Source: an uncultured bacterium (GTDB taxonomy: Bacteria; Methylomirabilota; Methylomirabilia; Rokubacteriales; DASRDR01). Taken from it: a stretch of DNA of 64,000 nt. The translations under genes were made by a program, and so were the position numbers. How positions within the stretch are numbered: the first letter of the stretch is position 1; each line of letters opens with the position of its first letter. The stretch covers positions 6,540 through 70,539 of the forward strand of contig CAYQDR010000006.1 in NCBI GenBank assembly GCA_964416315.1. The letters are read 5' to 3'. The notes under the pieces are model-generated. The model ran no database searches and was not told where the DNA came from. It saw only the letters and a program-made list of their open reading frames with translations. This document shows positions 18,731 to 27,851 of this stretch, piece after piece.

Positions 18731-20616
18731 TTGGCCTGGCTCGCTGGAGGACCCGCCATGCAGTGTCCCCGGTGCCGCGCTCAGAACGAGGAAGGCGCCC
18801 GGTTCTGCGAAGACTGCGGAGCCCGCCTCGAACTCGCATGCCCGAGTTGCGGCGCGCCGGCCACAGCAGGCAAGAAGTTCTGTCGCTCCTGTGGCGCGTC
18901 ACTGGCCACTGAGCCTGCCGGCCGCTTCACCTCCCCGCAGGCCTACACCCCGAAGCACCTCGCCGAGAAAATCCTGACGTCCAAGGGTGCCCTCGAAGGC
19001 GAGCGCAAGCAGGTCACGGTCCTCTTCGCCGACCTCAAGGGCTCGATGGAGCTCCTCGCCGACCGCGACCCCGAGGAGGCCCGGAAGCTCCTCGACCCCG
19101 TGCTCGAGCGCATGATGGACGCCGTCCACCGTTACGAGGGCACCGTCAACCAGGTCATGGGCGACGGGATCATGGCGCTCTTCGGCGCGCCGGTCGCGCA
19201 CGAGGACCACGCTGTCAGGGCCTGCTATGCCGCGCTCAGGATGCAGGAGAGCGTGCGCCGGTACGGTGACGAAATCCGGCGGTCCGGCACAATTCCGGTA
19301 GAGATCCGAGTGGGGCTGAATTCGGGAGAGGTGGTGGTGCGGTCGATCGGCAGCGACCTCCACATGGACTACACGGCCGTCGGCCAGACGACGCACCTCG
19401 CCGCCCGGATGGAGCAGATTGCGACGGCAGGCTCCGTGCTCGTCACCGGCGAGACGCTGAGGCTCAGCGAAGGCTACGTCCAGGTGAAACCGCTCGGGGC
19501 GGTGCCGGTGAAAGGGCTCGACAGTTCGATCGAGGTGTACGAGTTGGTCGGCGCTGGGTCGGCGCGATCTCGTTTGCAGGCGGCCGCCGCTCGGGGCCTC
19601 ACCCGTTTCGTCGGGCGTGATCCGGAACTGGAAGTCCTTCATCAAGCCCTAGTGCCCAAGCCGTTGCCGACACGCTGGGGGATCTTGGCCTGGCTGTTTC
19701 GGCCCGTGTCTATCTCGGCGCGGCCTGCCTTGCCCTGGGTGACCATCGGCGGGCCGAGGAGTCTCTCCAGAAGGTGGCGCAGTCGCTCGAAGGCGATCGG
19801 AGTCGTGAGCGCTTCGGCCTACACGGGTTCCCCGCTGTCCTGGCTCGTTGCTATTTGGCGTGGACGCTGGCCGAAGGCGGACACTTCGACGAGGGAGTCG
19901 CCCACGGCCAGGAAGGCGTCCGGATCGCCGAGGCAGTTGATCATCCCTACAGTCTGGCCTATGCGTGCTGGATCCTCGGGTATGTCTACGCTCTCAAGGG
20001 GGACTTCGGCCACGCGATCCCTCTGTTTGAGCGTGGTCGCGCACTGTCCCGAGACTGGAACCTCACCGTCCTGTCGCCAGCCCTCACCCGGCTGTTGGGC
20101 TATGCGTACGTGCTCTCCGGGCGAGTGGTGGACGGCCTCCCGCTACTGCACGAAGGGATGAGGGCCTGGGAGTCCATGGGCACGCAGTTCTTCCGAGCGC
20201 TCTCCCTCGTGCAAATGGGCGAAGGGAGCCTGCTCGCGGGCCGACTCGGGGACGCGCGCGAATTCGCCGGGGAAGCGCTGGCGCTGGCCCGCGAGCACGC
20301 TGAGCGCGGCTACGAAGCATGCGCGCTCCGCGTCCTTGGCGACATCGCCTCCCATCCGGATCCTCCCGAGGTCGAGACGGCTGAAAGCTATTACCGTCAG
20401 GCGCTTGGCCTCGCCGAAGGGCTTGGGATGCGCCCCCTCATGGCCCACTGCCACCTCGGCCTCGGCCGGCTCCACCGCAAGATTGGCAGCCGCCCGAAAG
20501 CGAGCGAGCACCTCACCACGGCGACGACGATGTACCGCGACATGGACATGGGGTTCTGGTTGGCGAAGGCCGAAGCGGCGCTCGGGGAGGTAGGCTCTGG
20601 GAGGAGCGGGGCGTGA
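18731..20616 (+). pseudogene. adenylate/guanylate cyclase-domain protein with N-terminal double zinc ribbon (18731-~19650) followed in a different frame by the TPR C-terminal region (~19620-20616); AAA-ATPase middle domain apparently deleted and frame shifted
   Basis: CPRCRAQNEEGARFCEDCG...CPSCGAP zinc ribbons, VTVLFADLKGS / VMGDGIMALFG cyclase motifs ending ...FVGRDPELEVLHQAL then garbage; frame 1 from ~19620 reads TPR-like ...LGAACLALGDHRRAEESL... through 20616. Confidence 0.4.
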
Positions 20617-21413
20617 ACCGCCACGACGGCCCGCCAGAGGCGTCTGACAAGCCGGAGGTCCCCGAGCCGGGCTACGCCGAGCGCGTCCGGACACTCACCT
20701 ACCTCGCGCGCTGGGGCGCGCTCGCGACGGTCTCGCGGAAGCACCCGGGGCACCCGTTCGGTTCGGTCATGCCGTACGCGCTCGATGGCCAGGGCCGGCC
20801 GCTCTTCCTGATCAGCAGCCTCGCCACGCACACGCAGAACCTCAAGGCGGATCCTCGGGCGAGCCTCCTCGTGACCGAGGCTGGGGAGGGCGGCGATCCC
20901 CTCGCCGTCGGGCGTGCGACGCTGATGGGCGAGGCGACCCCGGTGCCGGCGACGGAGGCCGACGAGGTCCGCGCGGCGTACCTGGCCCGCCACCCGCAGG
21001 CGGCCTACTGGGTGGAGTTCAGCGACTTCGCGTTCTACCGGATGGACCTGCGGGACATCTACTACGTCGGGGGCTTCGCCCGGATGGACTGGGTGGAGTC
21101 GGCGGCGTACGCCGCGGCGCGCCCGGATCCCCTGGCCGATGCGGCCGCCGGCATCCTCGAGCACGTGAACCGCGACCACGCCGACGCGCTCGTGACGCTC
21201 GCACGCGCCCTGGCCCACGTCGAGGCGGACGCCGCGACGATGGTCGCGGTGGACCGCCTCGGCTTCAAGCTCCGCCTCCGGAGCGGGCCGCGTCTCTCGA
21301 GCGCCCGCCTCCCCTTCCCGCGCGAAGTGCGGAGCGCGGAGGAGTGCCGCGCCGCCCTAATCGAGATGCTCCGGGGCGCGCGAACCCGACTCTCACCCCG
21401 ACCCTCTCCCTAG
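20613..21413 (+). CDS. pyridoxamine 5'-phosphate oxidase-related / HugZ-like (DUF2470) protein
   Basis: PNPOx split-barrel-like N-terminal half and DUF2470-like C-terminus; GTG start overlapping previous stop. Confidence 0.6.
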   Translation: MNRHDGPPEASDKPEVPEPGYAERVRTLTYLARWGALATVSRKHPGHPFGSVMPYALDGQGRPLFLISSLATHTQNLKADPRASLLVTEAGEGGDPLAVGRATLMGEATPVPATEADEVRAAYLARHPQAAYWVEFSDFAFYRMDLRDIYYVGGFARMDWVESAAYAAARPDPLADAAAGILEHVNRDHADALVTLARALAHVEADAATMVAVDRLGFKLRLRSGPRLSSARLPFPREVRSAEECRAALIEMLRGARTRLSPRPSP

Positions 21414-21426
21414 AAGGGAGAGGGAG
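21392..21426. repeat. REP-like element family B copy (CTCACCCCGACCCTCTCCCT-AGAA-GGGAGAGGGAG hairpin) between convergent genes
   Basis: same unit recurs at 35118-35141 and 35167-35206. Confidence 0.55.
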
Positions 21427-22279
21427 ACCTGGTCAGCGCGCGCCAGCGCTCGAGCAGCCGCTCGCGCGTCGGAACCCCCGCGATCCCCTCGCCCTCCACC
21501 GTGAGCGCGCCCGCCACGGCCGCGAAGGCGGCCGCGTCCCAGGGGTCGCCGGTCGCGTTGTAGCGGATCAGGAAGGCCGCCGCGAAGACGTCGCCCGCCC
21601 CCGTCGGCTCCACCTCGACCGCCGGGGCCGGCGCGACCCGGTGGCGCTCGCCGTTGACGAAGAGCATCGCGCCCTTCTCGGCGAACGTGAGCGCGCCGAG
21701 GGGCACGTGCTGGTAGAGCTCGAGCGCCTCGCCCGCCCACCCGGCGACGTCGTCGCTCGACAGGAACAGGGCTTGGATCCGCCGGAGGACGGGCTCGGGG
21801 TCCGGCCAGGGCCGCATGGTCACCGTCCCCACCCGGTCCCACACGCGGCACCAGCCCTGGGCGCCGGCCCCGACGGCGGCGTCGGGGAAGGCCCCCGCGA
21901 GCTGCGGCGAGACCTCGTCGGCGACGGGCGCGAGATACGCGAGCCCCGCCTCGGCGAAGTGGGGCGGCAGGGCGGCCGGCCCGAGCGGCGTCGCGCGCGC
22001 CCGCAGCGTGAGCCGCCGCCCGCGTGGCGTGTAGTCGAGGGCGAAGCGCGTCGTCGCCTCCGCGGGCAGCGCGACGACCTCGATCCCGGGGGGAAGCACT
22101 TCCAGGGGGAAGTCGGGCCCGTGGCTCGTCAGGAGGCCGACCCGCAACCCCTGGCGGTGGGCCAGGAGCCCGGCGTAGAGAACCGAGCCCCCCGGGCGGA
22201 GGCCCCCCGCCAGCTCGTCCACGGTGAGGTGACCGACGGCGACGAAGTCCGGCGGCTCGCCCGACGCGCTCGGTGGCAC
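21410..22279 (-). CDS. PfkB-family sugar kinase (candidate 5-dehydro-2-deoxygluconokinase IolC-like)
   Basis: ribokinase-fold motifs incl. C-terminal GAGDVFAAAFL; in iol gene neighbourhood. Confidence 0.75.
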   Translation of the reverse strand: MPPSASGEPPDFVAVGHLTVDELAGGLRPGGSVLYAGLLAHRQGLRVGLLTSHGPDFPLEVLPPGIEVVALPAEATTRFALDYTPRGRRLTLRARATPLGPAALPPHFAEAGLAYLAPVADEVSPQLAGAFPDAAVGAGAQGWCRVWDRVGTVTMRPWPDPEPVLRRIQALFLSSDDVAGWAGEALELYQHVPLGALTFAEKGAMLFVNGERHRVAPAPAVEVEPTGAGDVFAAAFLIRYNATGDPWDAAAFAAVAGALTVEGEGIAGVPTRERLLERWRALTRSPSPF

Positions 22280-22280
22280 G

Positions 22281-23051
22281 TCAGGCGGCCTCGACGAGCC
22301 GGCGGAGGTACGTGAGGGCCCGGGGGATCCCCGTGGCCTCGGCCTCGGCCGCCTCGTACTCGAACGTGACCCAGCGGTCGTACCCCCGCGCTCGCAGCGA
22401 TGCCAGGAGCCTCGGGTAGTCCATCGTCGGCTCCGACCCGTCGGGCGCCACCTGCCAGAACTTCGCGTGGACGTGGACGGCGTGGGGGGCGGTCCGCTCG
22501 ACCGAGCGCCAGCCGTCGGGGTAGTTTCCGGTGTCGAGCAACGGCCGCAGTGCGGGCGAGCCGACCTCCTCGACGATGCGGAGGTGTTCGGCCGAGGACG
22601 GCGTGAACCCCGCCTCGTTCTCGAGGACCAGCGCGACCCCGGTCTCGGCGGCGTACGCGGCGGACTCCCGGAGCGCGGCGATCATCGCCGGCCAGCGCTC
22701 GCCGGGGGAGCCCTCGGGATGGCCGGCGAAGACGCGCACCTGCGGCGCGCCGACGTCGGCGGCGACCTCGATCCACTGCTTGACCTTCACCATCTCGCTC
22801 TGCCGCCAGGTGCTCTCGGCGCGGCCGAAGTCGTTGTGGACGCCGATGCCGATCAGCGCGAGGTTGAGATCCTGCGCCGTCCGCCGGAGGCGCTGGAGGT
22901 AGGCGGGCCGGGTCTCCCGGAAGTGGATGTCCTGGAGCTCCGCCCCCTTCACCTTCAAGTCGCGGGCGCAGTGCCGGAGGAACCGGAACTGATCCATCTG
23001 GCCCGCGTCGAACAGCCGGTTGAAGCAGCCGCAGATGCACCCGAGCTTCAT
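22281..23051 (-). CDS. sugar phosphate isomerase/epimerase, xylose-isomerase-like TIM barrel (IolI-like)
   Basis: ATG 23051 (MKLGCICG...) with GAAAGGA SD; TIM-barrel motifs; upstream in-frame extension rejected. Confidence 0.75.
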   Translation of the reverse strand: MKLGCICGCFNRLFDAGQMDQFRFLRHCARDLKVKGAELQDIHFRETRPAYLQRLRRTAQDLNLALIGIGVHNDFGRAESTWRQSEMVKVKQWIEVAADVGAPQVRVFAGHPEGSPGERWPAMIAALRESAAYAAETGVALVLENEAGFTPSSAEHLRIVEEVGSPALRPLLDTGNYPDGWRSVERTAPHAVHVHAKFWQVAPDGSEPTMDYPRLLASLRARGYDRWVTFEYEAAEAEATGIPRALTYLRRLVEAA

Positions 23052-23120
23052 CGAGCGAGTCCTTTCGGGGGCTCGAGGCCCCGGAGCGCGCCCAGCACCT
23101 CGGCGTGCAGGCACGGGTTG

Positions 23121-23146
23121 GCGCTGCACACCAGACTGTGCAGCGC
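23121..23146. promoter_or_regulatory. perfect 10-bp inverted repeat GCGCTGCACA-N6-TGTGCAGCGC in divergent iol promoter region (candidate repressor operator)
   Basis: read directly; sits just upstream of the iolD -35. Confidence 0.4.
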
Positions 23147-23147
23147 A

Positions 23148-23176
23148 TTGAGCTTCGCGACATCGCGCACTATAGT
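23148..23176 (+). promoter_or_regulatory. putative promoter TTGAGC-17-TATAGT for iolD
   Basis: read directly; GGAGG SD and ATG 23221 downstream. Confidence 0.45.
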
Positions 23177-23220
23177 ATCCGCACACGCGCGGTCGCGCAC
23201 CCACCCGGGGGAGGTCCGAG

Positions 23221-25062
23221 ATGGCAACGGTCCGGCGCACCACGGCCCAGGCCCTCGTCAGGTACCTTTGCGCCCAGCGGAGCGAGGTGGACGGCGTCGA
23301 AGTGCCGCTCTTCGCGGGCGTGTGGGCGATCTTCGGCCACGGGAACGTCGCCGGGCTCGGGGAGGCCCTCTACCAGGCGCGCGCCGAGCTCCCGACCCTG
23401 CGGGCCCACAACGAGCAGGCCATGGCCCATGCCGCCATCGCGTTCGCGAAGGCATCGGGCCGCCGCCGCGTCATGGCGTGCACGACCTCGATCGGCCCCG
23501 GCGCGACGAACATGGTCACGGCGGCGGCGGTCGCGCACGTCAACCGCCTGCCGGTCCTGCTCCTGCCTGGCGACGTCTTCGCCACCCGGGGTCCGGACCC
23601 GGTCCTCCAGCAGATCGAGGACTCCGGCGACCCGACGATCACGGCGAACGACTGCTTCCGGCCGGTCTCCCGCTACTGGGACCGGATCACCCGACCGGAG
23701 CAGCTCCTCGCGTCGCTCCCGGCCGCGGTGGACGTCCTCATGGACCCGGTCCGCTGCGGGCCCGTGGCGCTCGCGCTGCCGCAGGACGTCCAGGCCGAGG
23801 CGTGGGACTACCCCGAGACCTTCTTCCGGCCGCGGGTCCACCGGCTCCGGCGCCCCGGGCCCGACCCGGCCCAACTCCAGGCGGCGGCCGAGCGGCTCGG
23901 GCGGGCCCAGAAGCCGCTCGTCGTCGTGGGCGGTGGCGTCCACTACTCGCTCGCGTGGGAGGCGCTCCGCGACTTCGCCGAGCGCCACGCCCTCCCCGTC
24001 GCCGAGACGCAGGCCGGCAAGGGCGCGCTGCCCTGGAACCATCCCTCCAACGTCGGGTCGATCGGGGTCACCGGCTCCAGCGCGGCCAACGCGCTCGCCG
24101 CCGAGGCCGACGTCGTCCTCGCCGTGGGGACGCGGCTCGGCGACTTCACGACCGGCTCGCGCGCGCTCTTCCAGCGCCCCGACCTCACGCTGATCGGGCT
24201 GAACGTCGGCCCGCATGACGCCGGTAAGCACGGCGGGCTCCCGCTGGTCGCCGACGCCCGCCGCGGGCTCGCCGACCTCTCCGCGGCGCTCGGCACCTGG
24301 CGCACGCCCGAGGCGTGGGGAGCGAAGGCGCGCGGGCTCATGGCCGAATGGACCCGGGCGGTGGACGCGGCGACGGCGCCCGGCCACGCGATCCCGCCCA
24401 CCGAAGGCCAGGTCATCGGCGCCGTGAACCGCGCGGCCGGCCCGCGCGACGTCGTCGTCTGCGCGGCCGGGGGCTTGCCCGGCGAGCTCCACAAGCTCTG
24501 GCGGACGACGGACCCGCGGGGCTACCACCTCGAGTACGGCTACTCCTGCATGGGCTACGAAATCGCGGGGGGCCTCGGGGTGAAGCTGGCGCTCCCGGAC
24601 CGCGAGGTCTTCGTCATGGCCGGGGACGGCAGCTACCTCATGCTCAACTCCGAGATCGCGACTTCGGTGGCGATGGGAAAGAAGCTCGTGATCGTCGTCC
24701 TCGACAACCACGGCTTCGGCTGCATCAACCGCCTCCAGCAGGCGTGTGGTGGGGCGCCGTTCAACAACCTCCTCGGGGAGGGTGGCCCCCCGCCGGTCAT
24801 CGACTTCGCGGCCCACGCGCGGAGCCTCGGCGCCCTGGCCGAGCAGGTCAAGTCGATCGCCGACCTCGAGGGGGCGCTCGTCCGCGCCAAGGCGGCCGAC
24901 CGCACCGCGGTGGTCGTCATCGAGACCGACCCGACGGCCACGACCGTGGCGGGCGGCGCCTGGTGGGACGTCCCGGTACCGGAGGTCTCGCCGCGCGCCG
25001 AGGTGCGGAGCGCCCACGAGCGCTACGTCGCCGCCCGACGGCGGCAGCGCTTCCGGGGCTGA
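23221..25062 (+). CDS. iolD: 3D-(3,5/4)-trihydroxycyclohexane-1,2-dione acylhydrolase (TPP-dependent)
   Basis: TPP enzyme motifs (GPGATN, GDGSYLM...LDN) and overall IolD-like sequence. Confidence 0.85.
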   Translation: MATVRRTTAQALVRYLCAQRSEVDGVEVPLFAGVWAIFGHGNVAGLGEALYQARAELPTLRAHNEQAMAHAAIAFAKASGRRRVMACTTSIGPGATNMVTAAAVAHVNRLPVLLLPGDVFATRGPDPVLQQIEDSGDPTITANDCFRPVSRYWDRITRPEQLLASLPAAVDVLMDPVRCGPVALALPQDVQAEAWDYPETFFRPRVHRLRRPGPDPAQLQAAAERLGRAQKPLVVVGGGVHYSLAWEALRDFAERHALPVAETQAGKGALPWNHPSNVGSIGVTGSSAANALAAEADVVLAVGTRLGDFTTGSRALFQRPDLTLIGLNVGPHDAGKHGGLPLVADARRGLADLSAALGTWRTPEAWGAKARGLMAEWTRAVDAATAPGHAIPPTEGQVIGAVNRAAGPRDVVVCAAGGLPGELHKLWRTTDPRGYHLEYGYSCMGYEIAGGLGVKLALPDREVFVMAGDGSYLMLNSEIATSVAMGKKLVIVVLDNHGFGCINRLQQACGGAPFNNLLGEGGPPPVIDFAAHARSLGALAEQVKSIADLEGALVRAKAADRTAVVVIETDPTATTVAGGAWWDVPVPEVSPRAEVRSAHERYVAARRRQRFRG

Positions 25063-25063
25063 G
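25024..25063. repeat. 40-bp direct repeat copy 1 (3' end of iolD incl. stop), repeated at 25221-25260
   Basis: TACGTCGCSGCSCGACGGCGGCAGCGCTTCCGGGGCTGAG, 38/40 identical. Confidence 0.7.
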
Positions 25064-25175
25064 GCTGATGGCGACGGCACCGCGGCCCGTTCGACCTGAG
25101 TCCACGCCGCAACCCTTTCGCCCGTCCGCGCGCTCCTGGCCGAAGCGCTCCGAGCGCGGGCTTCGCCCGCGCGAC

Positions 25176-25218
25176 TCTGGGGGGAGGCTTCGGAGGGGGG
25201 CGATGCCCCCCTCCGATG
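25176..25218. repeat. REP-like element family A, variant copy (GGAGGGGGGC-GAT-GCCCCCCTCC) inside the 157-bp insert between the 40-bp direct repeats
   Basis: shares flanks TCTGGGGGGAGGC..CGGAGGGGG / CCCCCTCCGATG with 27037-27080. Confidence 0.55.
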
Positions 25219-25220
25219 GT

Positions 25221-25260
25221 TACGTCGCGGCGCGACGGCGGCAGCGCTTCCGGGGCTGAG
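25221..25260. repeat. 40-bp direct repeat copy 2
   Basis: see 25024-25063. Confidence 0.7.
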
Positions 25261-25263
25261 CCG

Positions 25264-26151
25264 GTGGCCGTCCGCCTCGGGGTCAATCCGATCGGCTGGA
25301 CGAACGACGACCTGCCGGAGCTCGGCGACGAGACGTCGCTCGAGGTCTGCCTCGCCGAGGCGCGGGAAGCCGGCTACGGCGGGATCGAGCTCGGCCGGAA
25401 GTTCCCCCGGCGCGCCGCCGAGCTCCGTCCGATCCTGGCCCGTCACGGCCTCGTCCTGGTCTCCGGCTGGTACGGCGCCGAGCTCCGGACCCGGGCCGTG
25501 AAGGAAGAGCTCCGGGCCGTCGAAGACCACTTCGCGCTCCTCGTCGAGATGGGCTGCCGCGTGATGGTGTTCGCCGAGGTGTCGGGCGCCGTCCACGGCC
25601 GACGGGACACGCCGCTCTCCCGACGCCCGCGCCTCGCCGAGGGCGAGTGGGAGCGCTTCGGAGAGGCCCTGACCGAGGTAGCCGAGCACCTCCAGGGACG
25701 CGGGCTGCGGATGGCCTACCACCACCACATGGGCACGGTGATCGAGACCGAGGCGGAGATCGACCGGCTGATGGCGGTCACGGGGGAGGGGGTCGGGCTC
25801 CTCCTCGACACGGGCCACCTGACGCATGCGGGCGGGGACGTGCTCGGCCTCGCCCGACGCCACGGCCGCCGCCTGGTCCACGTCCACTGCAAGGACGTGC
25901 GGCCGGCCGTCTTGGCCGAGGCGCGGCGGCGCGACCGGAGCTTCCTCGACGCCGTCGTCGCCGGCGTCTTCACCGTGCCGGGGGACGGCTGCGTGGACTA
26001 CGGGTCGCTGACGCGGGCCCTCAGGGAGGTCGGGTACTCGGGGTGGCTCGTGGTCGAGGCCGAGCAGGACCCGGCCGTCGCCCACCCCCTGACCTACGCG
26101 AGGCTCGGCTTCGCCAACCTCTCGCGCGCCGTCGCCGCCGCCGGCCTCTGA
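25264..26151 (+). CDS. iolE: myo-inosose-2 dehydratase
   Basis: GVNPIGWTNDD N-terminus and xylose-isomerase-like TIM barrel typical of IolE; GTG start chosen by homology-style reasoning. Confidence 0.8.
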   Translation: MAVRLGVNPIGWTNDDLPELGDETSLEVCLAEAREAGYGGIELGRKFPRRAAELRPILARHGLVLVSGWYGAELRTRAVKEELRAVEDHFALLVEMGCRVMVFAEVSGAVHGRRDTPLSRRPRLAEGEWERFGEALTEVAEHLQGRGLRMAYHHHMGTVIETEAEIDRLMAVTGEGVGLLLDTGHLTHAGGDVLGLARRHGRRLVHVHCKDVRPAVLAEARRRDRSFLDAVVAGVFTVPGDGCVDYGSLTRALREVGYSGWLVVEAEQDPAVAHPLTYARLGFANLSRAVAAAGL

Positions 26152-26336
26152 TCCGCCGCCGGGCGCCTCGTCCCGCCCCGGGTCACTACATCTCCGCCAG
26201 GGTCGGGGGCGCGGTCCAGCCCGAAGATGGTGAGGCGCGATCGAGCCGGCCGGCAGTGCCGGACGAACGCCTCACCGAGCGAGTGCCGCGCCACCCCGGT
26301 CAGGAGCACCAAGAGGTTGCGCTCCTACGCCGCAGG

Positions 26337-26609
26337 TCAGTCGAGTCCAGGTCGCCCCTTCCGGTAGACGTCGCGCCGGTGGCCGATGCGAAGGACGAGA
26401 TATCCCTCGTCCGTCCGCACGTAGATGACCCGATAGTCCCCAACGCGAAGGCGGTACAACCCCGCGAACTCTCCCGCAAGGGCCTGCCCTTGATGGCCCT
26501 CGGCGGCAAGCGCGTTCTCCACCCCCTGGAGAACGCGCAACGCAGTGGCTCTGCCGAGCCTTCGAAGGTCCTTCGCGACGGAGGCCTTGTACTCAATCCT
26601 CGCGGCCAA
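26337..26609 (-). CDS. type II toxin, RelE/ParE family
   Basis: YRLRVGDYRVIY...IGHRRDVY C-terminal signature; TTG start overlapping antitoxin gene. Confidence 0.75.
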   Translation of the reverse strand: MAARIEYKASVAKDLRRLGRATALRVLQGVENALAAEGHQGQALAGEFAGLYRLRVGDYRVIYVRTDEGYLVLRIGHRRDVYRKGRPGLD

Positions 26610-26817
26610 GTCGCTTCCGCAGCTCCGCCGCCGAGATCACGGGGTCGTCCTTGTCCTTCAGCCGGTCCAGGGCTACCTGGTAGTCCGCAGCCTCAGCCAA
26701 ATAGGCCTCCAACGCCTTGACGATGAGATACGTCTTCGACCGCTCGGTCGTGCGCGCCAGTTCCTCAAGCGCCCTGGCAGTCGCGTCCGGCAGGCGCACG
26801 GAGACTGAGGTGGGCAT
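26593..26817 (-). CDS. type II antitoxin, ribbon-helix-helix (CopG/ParD-like)
   Basis: 74 aa with N-terminal RHH-like MPTSVSVRLPDATARALEELA; GAGGAGG SD. Confidence 0.7.
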   Translation of the reverse strand: MPTSVSVRLPDATARALEELARTTERSKTYLIVKALEAYLAEAADYQVALDRLKDKDDPVISAAELRKRLGRED

Positions 26818-26836
26818 ACACCGGCACCTCCTCTTA

Positions 26837-26885
26837 CTTGTAATACAAGCAACACGAGTATAGCCGGCCGGCGGCTCCGAATCAA
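26837..26885 (-). promoter_or_regulatory. promoter TTGATT-17-TATACT followed by 13-bp palindrome CTTGTAaTACAAG (candidate antitoxin operator)
   Basis: read directly on minus strand upstream of antitoxin ATG 26817. Confidence 0.45.
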
Positions 26886-27036
26886 CCTCAGATGCAGCAC
26901 CACGGCTCAGAGTCCGTGAGAAATGGCGGGCGGGGCCGAAACCCGACTCTCCCCGCCTGGGCTTCTCGCCACGCTCCCGTCATCCGCCTCGCGGCCGTGG
27001 CGTTCCGCTCCGAGCCGCGGCTTTGCCGCGGCAACC

Positions 27037-27080
27037 TCTGGGGGAGGCCCGGGAGGGGGCCGTCGAGGCCCCCTCCCGAT
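27037..27080. repeat. REP-like element family A copy (GGGAGGGGGCC-GTCGA-GGCCCCCTCCC)
   Basis: reverse-complement-identical core to 3579-3603. Confidence 0.6.
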
Positions 27081-27085
27081 GAACT

Positions 27086-27851
27086 TCAGATCATCGTGAG
27101 GCCGCCGGAGACGGACAGCGTCTGGCCCGTGATGTACGCGGCCTCGTCGGAGGCGAGGAAGACGACGGCTCCGGCGACGTCCTCGGGGGTCCCGAGCCGA
27201 CCCCACGGAATCGCCTTCTTCAAGGCCTCCGCGAGCCCCGGCTTCCCGGCCGCGACCTCGGTCTGGAAGAGCGGCGTGTCCGACGGGCCCGGGCATACGC
27301 AGTTCACGTTGATCCGGTGGCGGGCCATCTCCCGGGCGAGCGTCTTCGTGAACGCGATGACGCCGCCTTTCGCCGCCGAGTACACGGCCTCCCCGGTCGA
27401 GCCCACGCGGCCGGCGTCGGACGCGATCGCGATGACCTTGCCCAACCCCTGGCGGATCATGTGGGGGAGCACGACCTGGGCCAGGTGGAAGTAGGCCTTG
27501 AGGTTCAGCGCGAGGATCCGGTCCCAGAAGGCCTCGTCCGTCTCGAGGAACGGCATCGGGCGGTCCCAGCCGGCGTTGTTGACGAGGATGTGGACGGCGC
27601 CGTAACGGCGGAGGACCTCGGCGACGGCCGCCTCGACCTCGGCCCGTGCGGTCACGTCCGTCCGGATCGCGCACCCCTCCCCGCCCGCGCGCCGGATCGC
27701 GTCAGCCGCCTCCCGCGCCCCGGCCTCGTTCAGGTCGAGGATCGCGACCCGTGCCCCCTCGGCCGCGAGGGCCAGCGCGATCCCGCGCCCCAGGCCGCTC
27801 GCCCCGCCGGTCACGATCGCCGGGCGATCCCGGAGCCTCACGCGCCCGTCG
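27086..27851 (-). CDS. SDR family oxidoreductase
   Basis: TGGASGLGRGIA Rossmann motif, YSAAKGGV catalytic YxxxK; GTG start overlapping upstream ATPase stop. Confidence 0.85.

Noticed and set aside
23052-23243. Upstream extension of the isomerase ORF to 23243 and of the FtsX permease to 54540
   Set aside because: Extensions are Arg/Pro-rich and lack Shine-Dalgarno sequences. Conserved N-termini begin at the internal ATGs used in the feature table.
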